From the NCBI GenBank assembly GCA_043228905.1, contig JBHGNT010000369.1:1-30707 (forward strand): 30,707 bases of DNA, written 5' to 3'. Below, piece by piece: positions 12,280 to 21,589 of this stretch. The stretch's first letter is position 1. Every line of letters begins with the position of its first letter. The position numbers and the translations under genes are program-made. Source of the stretch: Azolla caroliniana. Taxonomy: Eukaryota > Plantae > Polypodiophyta. The notes under the pieces were generated by a model. That model made no database searches. It had not been told where the DNA came from and was given only the letters and a program-made list of their open reading frames with translations.

Positions 12280-12331
12280 CTAGGCGTGCCAAACGGGATA
12301 GTAAACAGTTTTGGCACGTCATACATCCCGT
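12261..12331 (+). promoter_or_regulatory. Candidate programmed -1 ribosomal frameshift signal (slippery heptamer A AAA AAC plus stem/pseudoknot)
   Basis: Heptamer 12267-12273 is in the correct phase for the upstream frame, which stops at 12277. The -1 frame has a stop at 12261 and is then open to 12389. An 11-bp stem (12283-12293/12310-12320) follows, with a second pairing CGGGAT 12294-12299 / ATCCCG 12325-12330. Confidence 0.65.
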
Positions 12332-12382
12332 GAAACATCTCTTCTACCTTCTCGATAGACTACTTCTACTTTTCATACTTTC

Positions 12383-14185
12383 ATGTGGTTAGGACGTCAT
12401 ACATCTAATTTTTCCTTCTCCGCATATGTGAAAAAGACCCATAGTAGTAAACCCCGTAATAAATTTTGGACGCCTCTCCTTAGTAAACCTAGGATTAGTA
12501 GGATCCACAACCACTCTAATTATTCCCTCTCTAAACATGAGATACAACTCCTTAGCCTAGGTTTGAAACACATCCTCCCATCTTCTCCACCATCATCCCC
12601 TACCCTACTTAAAGAATTTGATAGCCTAAGTAGGACCCTTCGACTTAAACATTTTTTCAAAGACGTGGATAATTCGCCCCAAAATCCCTTTAAGCTACCT
12701 AACCGTAGTTGGCAACCTTCTACTAAGTACACTCCCCTAGAAAACATTATAGCTAAACACCAAACTGTCTTTAGGGACACACTTCATACACTCAAATTAA
12801 AACCCACTAGGATTGCACCTCACTTATCACTAGCCTTACAATCTCTTAAGAAAAACAACAAAATCAAAATCCTACCTGGTGACAAAAATGTTGGAGTGTG
12901 TGTACTTGATAAGGACACGTACTATAACAAAGCTATAGAACACCTTTCCGATACTAACACATATAAAAAAGTCTCCCACTATCCACTTGAGGAGTTATCC
13001 TATAGAGTGAAAAGCATTGTTAATAACCATCTTGGTACCCTATCCAACATAGAAACCAACTACATACTACATAAACCCTCAAAAGGGTACCTAGTATGCA
13101 ATATCTATTTCCTCCCAAAACTCCATAAAAACCCAATAGGTTTTAGATCTATTTGCTCATACAATAACTCCCTTTTTGAACAAACATCAAAATGGCTTCA
13201 CCGCCAACTCATGCCTATCCTTCTCCTTCAGAAGCAATATTTGAAAGACTCACATTCCCTTGTCTAGACTTTAGAACATCTCAACCCACCCCCTAATAGC
13301 TTTATCTTTACCTTTGATGTTGAATCTTTATATCTCAGCATACCCCCTAAGTTAGTACTTCAAGCTTTACGAAAAATGATTACCCGACATTTTTCATCTT
13401 CTAAAAATAACCTTATTTATACACTTAGTGCACTCACGTTAGAATATCACTTTCTATGCTTTGATAACATGATCTATCAACAAGTCAAGGGTACAACCAT
13501 GGGTCGTAATTTTTATGTAGTTTATGCATGCCTATTCTTAGCTCACTTAGAGAACTCCCAACCATCACACCCTAATATTTTCTATTTCACTAGATATATA
13601 GATGATGCATTCGGGATATGGACGGGTACTAAACCTGAATTAGAAAATTACCTCCAGTTCTATAACACCTCCACTAATAATTGCATCAAAATTACCATCA
13701 CCATTTCTCCCTTTAGATTACCATTCTTAGATTGATGGATTAACCTAAAGAATTCAGATTTCTCCTTTAATTGCTACTAAAAGCCCCAAAATTCCTACCA
13801 ATATCTCTCATTCTCGTCAATTCACCCCCTTCATTTAAAACGTCATTTTATTATTAATGAACTAAAACGATACCTAATTAGAGAAAGTACCCCCTTAGGT
13901 TTCCTTCGAATGAGAAAACTTTTTTTTAGTAGATTAGTTAAGAGAGGATATCCCCTTTCTTTTATATTAGAGAATTATAAAAAAGGTCCTATTTAGCGCT
14001 AGGAAATCACTTGTATTTAGTAGAAAACCTAAAAGTACCCTTATACCTGTCATCTTCAAACTTAGGTATACGAAAGATACCCCTACATTAGGAATTCACG
14101 ACATGCTAGAAAACCTCCACGCAGATTCAGCCACACATCCCCAACTATCCGAACTACCACGACCATTCATATGTTGGACTAAGTC
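12383..14185 (+). pseudogene. Penelope-like reverse transcriptase (premature stops at 13265, 13733 and ~13778; frameshift ~13980)
   Basis: Motifs in order: NHSNYSLSKHEIQLLSLGL, ILPGDKNVG, YFLPKLHKNPIGFRSICS, KDS, FDVESLY (motif A), YQQVKGTTMG (B), RYIDD (C), LPFLD (E), thumb YQYLSFSSIHP..K and RGYP, then PRPFICWTKS at the Copia junction. Confidence 0.92.
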
Positions 14186-14368
14186 TGTAAAAAGAACAAC
14201 GTGCGGAAGCAACAGAAAACCGAACGTATAGGAATTCACGACATGCTAGAAAACCTCCACGCAGATTCAGCCACACATCCCCAACTATCCGAACTACCAC
14301 GACCATTCATATGTTGGACTAAGTCTGTAAAAAGAACAACGTGCGGAAGCAACAGAAAACCGAACGTA
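14089..14368. repeat. Perfect 140-bp tandem duplication spanning the PLE/Copia-LTR junction
   Basis: 14089-14228 equals 14229-14368 (TAGGAATTCACG...CCGAACGTA). Each copy holds 97 bp of PLE and the first 43 bp of the LTR. Confidence 0.95.
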
Positions 14369-14728
14369 GGAAAAACACAGGTTTAATGGAAAGATTGGAC
14401 ACACACAGTACGCGGGAGAGAGAGGGAGAGAGAGTCAATACACACAACTCTATTCAAAATAATGATACTCAGTCTGTACATAGGATGTGCTCAGTGAGCA
14501 CTTTTATACAAGTCCATACGGACTGACAGAAGTACTAACACGTACTTCAATGCTCATAACTAAGCTCTACACTAACTCCCAAAAGATATTCCTACGCAGA
14601 ATATCTTTCCAACAGCCTCGTAGTTAATGCACCACTACGGCTTCTCGTTGCACACCGGTTTACGCACCGGTCCGGCCTAACCGATCAGTCGCAACCGATC
14701 CGGCCAATGTTCAACTTGTATCTCAACA
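14326..14728 (-). repeat. Copia 3' LTR (~403 bp)
   Basis: Minus strand reads TGTTGAGA...TTTTTACA (TG..CA), directly after the PPT GAGGGGGGGAG at 14729-14739. A minus-strand GTATAAAAG lies near 14501-14509. Confidence 0.85.
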
Positions 14729-14875
14729 CTCCCCCCCTCAAGCTCAACTTGAGGCTCTTCTAATTCTTCCAAATCACCTCTCCGGTTTCTTCTAGCTTCA
14801 CACCTCGCTCGCACTCCTCATCCTGTTCGATTCCGTGCGCCTCGACCCTTCCGGTCGGCATGTGTGCTCGTCGAC

Positions 14876-16212
14876 GGATCGGACACCTCCACTTGCAGAT
14901 CCTTAAGTAGCCATTTCAGCAAGATGGCATCACATGTTGCAACAGTCGCTCCTCTATACTCGGCTTCGGTGCTCGACAGTGCAATTATTGGTTGCTTCTT
15001 GCTACTCCACGCAATCGCGGCGCTCCCAAGAGAGAACGCGAATCTGGATGTGGATTGGCGATCGCTGGCATTTCCGGCCCAATCAGCATCGGTGTAGCTG
15101 ACCAACTACGCGCAGTATCAATCCGATATAGTAGCCCCCGGTCCTTAGTGTCACTGACGTACCGGAGTACACGTTGTGCGCACTGAAGGTGCTCCTCAGT
15201 TGGCCACTCCATGAACTGACTAATCACACCGACCGGGTAACTGACGTCTAGTCGAGTGATAGTCAAGTATATGAGGCTTCCGACAATCTGTTGAAACCTC
15301 TTCAGGTCGTAAACCTTTCCGGAGTCGGGGTGAAGCTTGACGGTTCTATCCAGAGGAGTCGAGACGGACTTACAATCTACCATCCCGAACTTGACGTAAT
15401 GTCGTTGGCTGATCAGTATGCCTTCAGGGGTACGGATCACTTCAATCCCGAGGAAGTAATGAAGGTCCCCCAGGTCCTTCATGTCAAATGATGTCGCAAG
15501 CTAGAGCTTTACGCGGTCAATTTCACCTAGGTCGACGTCGGTGATGACCAAGTCATCAATATAAAGTAAAATACTAACCGGCCCAAGTCGACCTTTCCGA
15601 ATGAACAGTGAAGAGTCTGATTTGGACGTCGCAAATCCCATCCGACGTATTCGCTGCGTGATTTTTGCGTTCCAAGCACGCGGGGCTTTCTTTAGCCCGT
15701 AAAGGGACTTCTTCAACCGGCAGACCGCGGAGGTGTTCATTCCGGAGTGAAATCTGGGGGGTTGTACCATGTACACCTGTTCCTCAAGCTCGCCTTGCAG
15801 GAACACATTCTTGACATCCATCTTATGTAAATGCAACCCCTTCTCCGCAGCTACCACAAGCAAAACACGGACGGTCGTCATCTTTGCGATCGGCGCAAAC
15901 GTCTCATCATAGTTGATGCCATGTTGTTGTGCGTAGCCTTTCACTACTAACTAGGCCTTGTATCGGTTGACGGAGCCGTCGGTGTTGTACTTGACCTTGT
16001 ACACCCACCTACATCCGATCGGCTTCACACCCTTCGGTGCGTACCAGTTCCCAAGTTTCATTCTCCGCCAATACGTGCATCTCCTCCTCCATTGTGGCAC
16101 GCCAATTTGCATCCATCACCACTTCTGCGTAGCTCTCCGGTTCATGCACTTCCGCTACACGCGTCATGTACGCATAATGATGCACCATGTACTCGTTGTA
16201 TCCGAACCGCAC
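14876..16212 (-). pseudogene. Copia RT and RNase H (frameshifted; RNase H C-terminus deleted)
   Basis: EPESYAE, KGYAQQHGINYDETFAP, MDVKNVFLQG, LKKSLYGLK, LYIDDL, MKDLGDLHYFLGIE, YTDADWAG and ALSSTEAEY, split over several ORFs. Confidence 0.93.
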
Positions 16213-16224
16213 AACAGGGTTCTT

Positions 16225-17547
16225 CTAGCGGGTAGATCGGTGTAGTTGCTCATTAGCCGATGTTGAGGCTTTCTCGGCCAATGCGGACTTCGCTCTCGAA
16301 GGCCCGTCATCGCTCTTCTCGAAGTCGGATTCGCGTCGATCCGAATCGCCCTTATCCGTGCCGTACTCTGGCATCTTCTTCTTCCCTTTTTCCTTGCGCG
16401 TAAACCATCTCCTCGGCTTCCTGTGCGGGGAATGCACGACCGAGTCTCCACCACTAGCTGGCTCTTCTTCAGACTGGTCAAACCGACCTAGTCGCTCATT
16501 CGGTCCACTTAGCCGAAATGAAATCGAACTCTCATCGAGGGTCTTGATTGCTCGGTCATCCGGAGTCATTTCAGCCTCGCTGACCTCATCATCACAACTC
16601 GGGTCCGGAGGTCCGGAGTTGGAGTTGAGGTTCGGAGTCGGAGGCAAGTAGCAGGACGCGGACTCGTCAAACACAACATCGCGACTCACGCGAGCTTGTT
16701 TGGTTCGGGGATTATAACAATTATAACCCTTCTGTTTGTCTGAATAGCCGACCAAGTTACACATCTCGGCTTTCGCGTCCAACTTCCTCGATTTCTCCTT
16801 CGGCACATACACATACACAATGCTACCGAAAACTCTCAAGTGTCGTAGATTCAGCTTTCTTTCGAAATACAGCTCATACGTTGACACCTTGTCTCCGATC
16901 CGATTCTGGATGTACTCCACGGTTCGTACCGCTTAGAACTTGGGCAAGCTCTTTTCTTCCAACATTGCTCGCGCCACTTCCACAACCGATCCATTTTTCC
17001 TTTCGGCTACGTTGTTTTGCTACGGCGTATACCTGCAATTGAATTTGCGCCAAATTCCCATTTGTTGCAGATAACTATTAAATTGGCTGGAAAAGTATTC
17101 TTTTCCGCCATCCGACCGCAGGCATATGATCTTTCTCCTTGTGTCCCTTTCTACCAAGATTTTGAGGGCTTGGAAACAGTCGAAGACTTCACTCTTCTTT
17201 TTAATGAGATAGATCCACGTGTGCTGCGTGTAGTCGCCGATGAAGGAGACAAAATATCGACTCCCACCAATACTAACGTTCTGTGCCGGCCCCCATACAT
17301 CCAAATGTATCAAGTCGAGCTAGGGAAGTCGGTGTTGCTTCCCTAGCTGGCAATCTTCACAAATTTGGGCCTTCCTGCCACTAAATTTGGGCAATCTGAA
17401 CACAACTTGTTTCCATTGCAAGTCCTGAAGCCTTTGATAGTTGATGTGGCCTATCCGCTTGTGCCACAAGTTGATATCCGACTCAACTTTTTGTCCTTTT
17501 GCTAACATTGCGGTGCCAACATCATTGGTGTCGAGGATAAACATCAT
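16225..17547 (-). pseudogene. Copia GAG-pre-integrase and integrase (disrupted)
   Basis: LWHKRIGH...CEDCQLGKQHRLP, IHLDVWGP, LRSDGGKEY, LRVFGS...KLDAKA...VGYS...SRDVVFDE. Confidence 0.93.
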
Positions 17548-17613
17548 CTCGTCTCTGCGCCCTTGCGCAATAACTTGGTCTTCTTCCTCGATGAAGCACC
17601 CGAGATGCGTGAA

Positions 17614-18206
17614 CTAAACTTGCATCCCTTGGTCGACGATTTGCCCAACCGATACCAGATTATTCGTGATTGTCGGGATGTGTAACGCGTTCATGACTTT
17701 CCCTTTTTGCCCGACATGGCTCAGGGGAACTTCATCGACATTCTCGATCGGATGCAGAGTGCCATCTCCTGTTGCGACTACTCCCGGTTGCATAGGTTTC
17801 TCAAGGTATGAGAACCACTCCATATGGCTCGTCATGTGGTTTGACGCATCGGAGTCAACGTACCACACCTTGTCCGATTTCGAGGTGGTCTTCTTCATCG
17901 AGTTCGCTTCGTGTCTCGTCACGAAGGCTGCCTCCTTTCCGACTTTTTCGGATCCTTCGGCGTAGTGCGATCACTGCCAATTTCCTTTCTTGGTTTGTTC
18001 GGATCCGGATCCGGTTTTCTCCGGATCCGCGTGCTTCTTCCAGCACTCGCTCTCCTTGTGGCCTTTCTTGCCACAGTACTAGCATTCCACGAAGGATTTC
18101 CCTTGCCAGTTCTCGTCACCTCAACTCCCCCTGTTTCCGGAGGGTCCGGAATTGTTGTCGACATCACTTCGGTGCCTTCTTCGTTGATCCCGTCGGTCGC
18201 CTCCAT
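17614..18206 (-). pseudogene. Copia protease and gag remnant (most of gag deleted)
   Basis: Protease motif WYVDSDASNHMT. Zinc knuckle EC*YCGKKGHKESECWKK at ~18035-18088 lies only ~40 codons after the putative gag ATG at 18206. Confidence 0.85.
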
Positions 18207-18244
18207 TGCGCACCGACTCGCCTTATTATAGATCTTGGTACTAA

Positions 18245-18678
18245 CGTAAGCTTAAGATAAGGATAATGAAAAGATAGATAGAAAGGAGAAAGAGAAAGAA
18301 GGGTGCCGATCCACCCGACCACCCCCGAGCGAAGGGATCGAGATGGACTCGAGCCTCGATCGGCGTCCCATACCACCGCCATGGCGTCGAGTCGTACCTG
18401 GTGCTGGCGCGCTCGCTACAAGAGTTGACCCACCACACGAGCAGAGTCTCGATGTAGTCAAAAGATGATCCAATGAGGGTAGCTAGGCCTCTTATTTATA
18501 GCGATACCCAAGGCCCCCAGGCAAGTTCACACTTGACCTAATGGGTTGTCTCAATCCCGAGGATTAAAAGTAATCCTCCCCTTCTTTACACTCTCATTTA
18601 ACCCTCACACTTATGCACGTGTATAGAATACTACGGTAAATTCTTACCACGGGATATTATATGGTCATGCCCGTAACA
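18245..18678 (-). repeat. Gypsy 3' LTR (~434 bp; left boundary approximate)
   Basis: Starts TGTTAC on the minus strand next to the PPT, with minus-strand CTATAAATAAG near 18491-18501. It appears to end CTTACG (degenerate CA) at 18245. Confidence 0.65.
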
Positions 18679-20782
18679 TACTCCCCCTCTTTAAAACATT
18701 GCACTCTTGCAATGGAAAGTTAGGGAAGTTAGTTCTAAGAGTATTTTCGCGTTCCCATGTGGCATCTTTTATTGATTTATCCATCCATTTTATTTTAAAT
18801 TCTCGGATTTCTTTAGTACGTAATTTTTTTGTTTTAACATCGAGAATTCTTTCTGGTACATGTGGTTTAGAAGATAATTCTTCAGAAGTAACCAGAGTTT
18901 CAGTCGTAACTGTATTGTCGCCAGAACCTAGAAGTTCTTTTAGACGACTCACATGAAAGACTGGATGAATTCCGACACCATCGAGAAGAGCGAGACGATA
19001 GGCTGATGACCCAATTCGTTTGAGGACTGTAAAAGGTCCACAAAACCGTGGGGCTAACTTAGCGCACTTACCTATAGACAATGTCTTAGAATTGTGAGGT
19101 ACACGTAAAAATACCTTCTGTCCAGGGTTGAATACACGAGGTTGCCTATGATGATCGGCATAAAAACGCGCTCTATCTTGAGCTGTTTTTATATTATCTC
19201 GTGCAATATGCAACATATCTTGCATATCCCGAAGAAAGTTTTGCGTACTTCGCAACTCATCATGATGTATAGTAACATCAATCGGGGCTCGTGGCTGAAA
19301 ACCATACATCAACATAAAAGGACTATATCCCGTCGACGTATGCTTGGAGCTGTTATAAGCAAACTCCTAAATTGGGAGATAACGTTCCCATTTTGTTGGT
19401 TTTGCACCAACGTATGCTCGAAGCATGTCCTCTATAATTTGATTTACTCGTTCTGTCTGTCCATCGGATTGAGGATGATCCGTGGAGCTCATGCTCAACG
19501 TAGTTTCTAACTTCTTAAAGACTTGTGTCCAGAAGTCACTAGTAAACTTTGGATCTCGATCACTCACGATATCCATCGGTAACCCATAAAAACGAAACAA
19601 TTCGTCAACGAATTGGTAAGCCAATTCAGGAGCTGTTACCGTGGTTTAAGTAGCAATAAATCTAGCCATTTTAGTTAGTCGATCAACGACAACCCAGATG
19701 GCATCATGACCTTTTTGGGTGCGAGGAAGGCTAACAATAAAATCCATGGATATACTTTCCCAGTTATTATTGGGAATGTCCAAGGGATGTAAAAGTCTTG
19801 CGGCTTTAAGTCGCTCGGCTTTGTTAACCTGGCACTGGTGACATTTAGTCACATAGCTATGTATGTCAGGACGCATCTTAGGCCAATAAAATTGAGTGAA
19901 GATGAGAACGAGTGTACGATGTATTCCAGGGTGCCCTGCTGAGGGTGCATCATGGCATTCAAAAAGAATCCTCTTTTTGACCTCGGGTAAATCTGGAACA
20001 CAAACCTTCCCATTACGGTAGAGCAAACCGTTAGCAATGTGGAAGTATTCCTTCGAGGATGTGGTGGTGTCTGTTCCAGACTCAACTCTTGCCCAGTATT
20101 TTCCGAAATAACTGTCATCAGGATACTTTCCTCGAAGGTGATCATAAAGATCTGATGATATTTCAGTGAAGCTAAGCATGTTAACTTCACGAATGCGACT
20201 TAGTGCATCAGCGACAGTGTTCATGGAACCTTTACGATATCGTATGGAAAAATCAAAGTCCTGGATGAGATCAGCCCATCGTGCCTTACGACCTTTCAGG
20301 TCTTGTTGGTCACAAAAATATTTCAAGGACTCGTGGTCCGTAGTTACCACATAGTGATTTCCATAAAGATAATGGCGCCATGTTTTGAGCGCATGTATAA
20401 CTGCAAATAATTCCTTTTCTTGAACGGTATACCGACATTGAGCATAATCAAGTTTCTTACTCTCGAATGCTATTGGTTTACCATCTTGATACAAGACAGC
20501 ACCTATAGCATAATCGCTTGCATCGGTTTCAACCTCAAAAGGTTTTGAAGGATCGGGTAAAAGAAGTGAAGGAGCCTTGCAAACCAGGTCCTTGAGTTCC
20601 TTAAAGGCAAGGTCTAGTGTAGCATTCCACACAATAGGTTTTGTAGACTTACGCGTTTGACCTTTTAAAAGATCAGTAAACGGCGTCGTCAATTGGGAGT
20701 AATTACGAAGAGACTTTCGCAAAAACCCCACAAAACCAAGGAATGATCGAACTTCTCGAATATTCCGAAGAGTGGGCCAGAG
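18665..20782 (-). pseudogene. Gypsy pol: RT tail, RNase H, integrase, chromodomain (in-frame stops at 19646 and 19367)
   Basis: WPTLRNIREVRSFLGF, ETDASDYAIGAVL, EKELFAV, TDHESL, ADALSR, HDAPSAGH..CHQC, SMDF/SDRD/ERVN, GPF and chromodomain PERILD..FKIKW..DATWE. Confidence 0.95.
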
Positions 20783-21075
20783 TGTTGGCCGGTCAGAGAA
20801 GGCAAATGGGAAAGCAAGGTCGGATCGGATAAATATAGAAATAGGAATAGAATTATTAGGAGGGACGGATCCGGTAGTTGTAACCGATCCGGATCCGAAC
20901 CGATTCGGTTTCGGTTAATGGTTGCCTAAGAGCACCGATTGTAATCTGGCCGGATGCCTATAAAAGGATCCGATGTTTTGTAATGAAGTACGAAGAATTA
21001 ATATAGTCTCGCTTATGTTTATTGATCTTGTCTTCGTCTGTGCTTAAGTGTAATTATCATACGCGTGTATTAACA
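20783..21075. repeat. First LTR of the array (293 bp)
   Basis: TGTTGGCC...ATTAACA with TGTT/AACA inverted termini. The array begins exactly at this TG inside the Gypsy RT. Confidence 0.88.
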
Positions 21076-21095
21076 TCCTATCCCTACCACCCTTT
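21076..21095 (-). other. Polypurine tract of the TRIM-like unit (repeats every 809 bp)
   Basis: Minus strand AAAGGGTGGTAGGGATAGGA directly abuts the LTR start TGTTAATAC. Confidence 0.7.
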
Positions 21096-21573
21096 GGAGA
21101 AGTGTCGGATAGACACCTGTGTTGTGGCTAGTCCAGCAGGGACACACAACGCCGATCTCCATCAGTGAGGGCGAGCGACCGGCTGAAGAGGACCCAACCG
21201 ACAACGCACCCCGACAAGAATTACCCGAGGAAGAACTTCCGGAGCAAGAACAGGTTGATGCCGGAGATGATGCAGAGTGGAGACTGGGAAGTACCGAATC
21301 CGGGGAGGAAAGGACACAACCAGTGGAAACCGGAGAAAGCGATACCGGGAACGGAACGGAGGTAGAGCAGGACAGACCCGGACAGGATACAGAAGAAACA
21401 CCGGTACCACCGGTACAAGCAGAGTCGGAGCAGCAAGATGCGAAAAGGCAGCCAATCCAATCGAAAGTCGGAGACGGCACAGGCAAGACAACACTTGAAA
21501 CCTCTGAGCGGAGTTTGCTGGATAATTTGGAGGAAGACTGAAGCCGGTTGTGGATTCGAAGTGCAATGCACTT

Positions 21574-21589
21574 TCCCACGGGCGTGCCA
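21574..21589 (-). other. Primer-binding site complementary to the tRNA-Arg(TCT) 3' end (repeats every 809 bp)
   Basis: Minus strand TGGCACGCCCGTGGGA lies 2 nt from the LTR end. Plant tRNA-Arg(TCT), as recalled, ends ...TCCCACCGGGCGTGCCA, a match with one gap. Confidence 0.8.

Larger units (their letters stand above)
9725..14325 (+). mobile_element. Penelope-like retroelement (PLE), decayed, 3'-truncated by Copia insertion
   Basis: Satellite homology stops abruptly at 9724. It is followed by a (CT)n tract, TATA box, hammerhead ribozyme, ORF1 and an RT with PLE-type motifs. Confidence 0.88.
14326..18240 (-). mobile_element. Ty1/Copia LTR retrotransposon, decayed, with internal deletions; 5' LTR not in window
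   Basis: Minus-strand order is gag zinc knuckle, protease, GAG-pre-integrase, integrase, RT, RNase H, PPT, LTR. Confidence 0.95.
18245..20782 (-). mobile_element. Ty3/Gypsy chromovirus, 3' half (end of RT, RNase H, integrase, chromodomain, 3' LTR)
   Basis: Domain order RT-RH-IN-chromodomain, then PPT AGAGGGGGAG (18681-18690) and an LTR starting TGTTACGGG at 18678. Interrupted at 20782 by the 809-bp array. Confidence 0.93.

Noticed and set aside
10343-13735. One continuous ORF from ORF1 through RT, since the listed ORFs share a frame
   Set aside because: That frame has clustered stops at 11873, 11879, 12281, 12299, 12302 and 12356. A different frame is cleanly open over 11980-12276.
12383-14185. 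LINE, group II intron, retron or telomerase RT
   Set aside because: The DK, LPKLHK..R.I, KG..MG, RYIDD, S.HP and RGYP motifs plus the hammerhead fit Penelope-like RTs. No APE domain, YADD motif or TERT T-motif was seen.
14864-20354. Plus-strand ORFs over the Copia and Gypsy regions
   Set aside because: They are antisense shadows of pol with no recognisable motifs.
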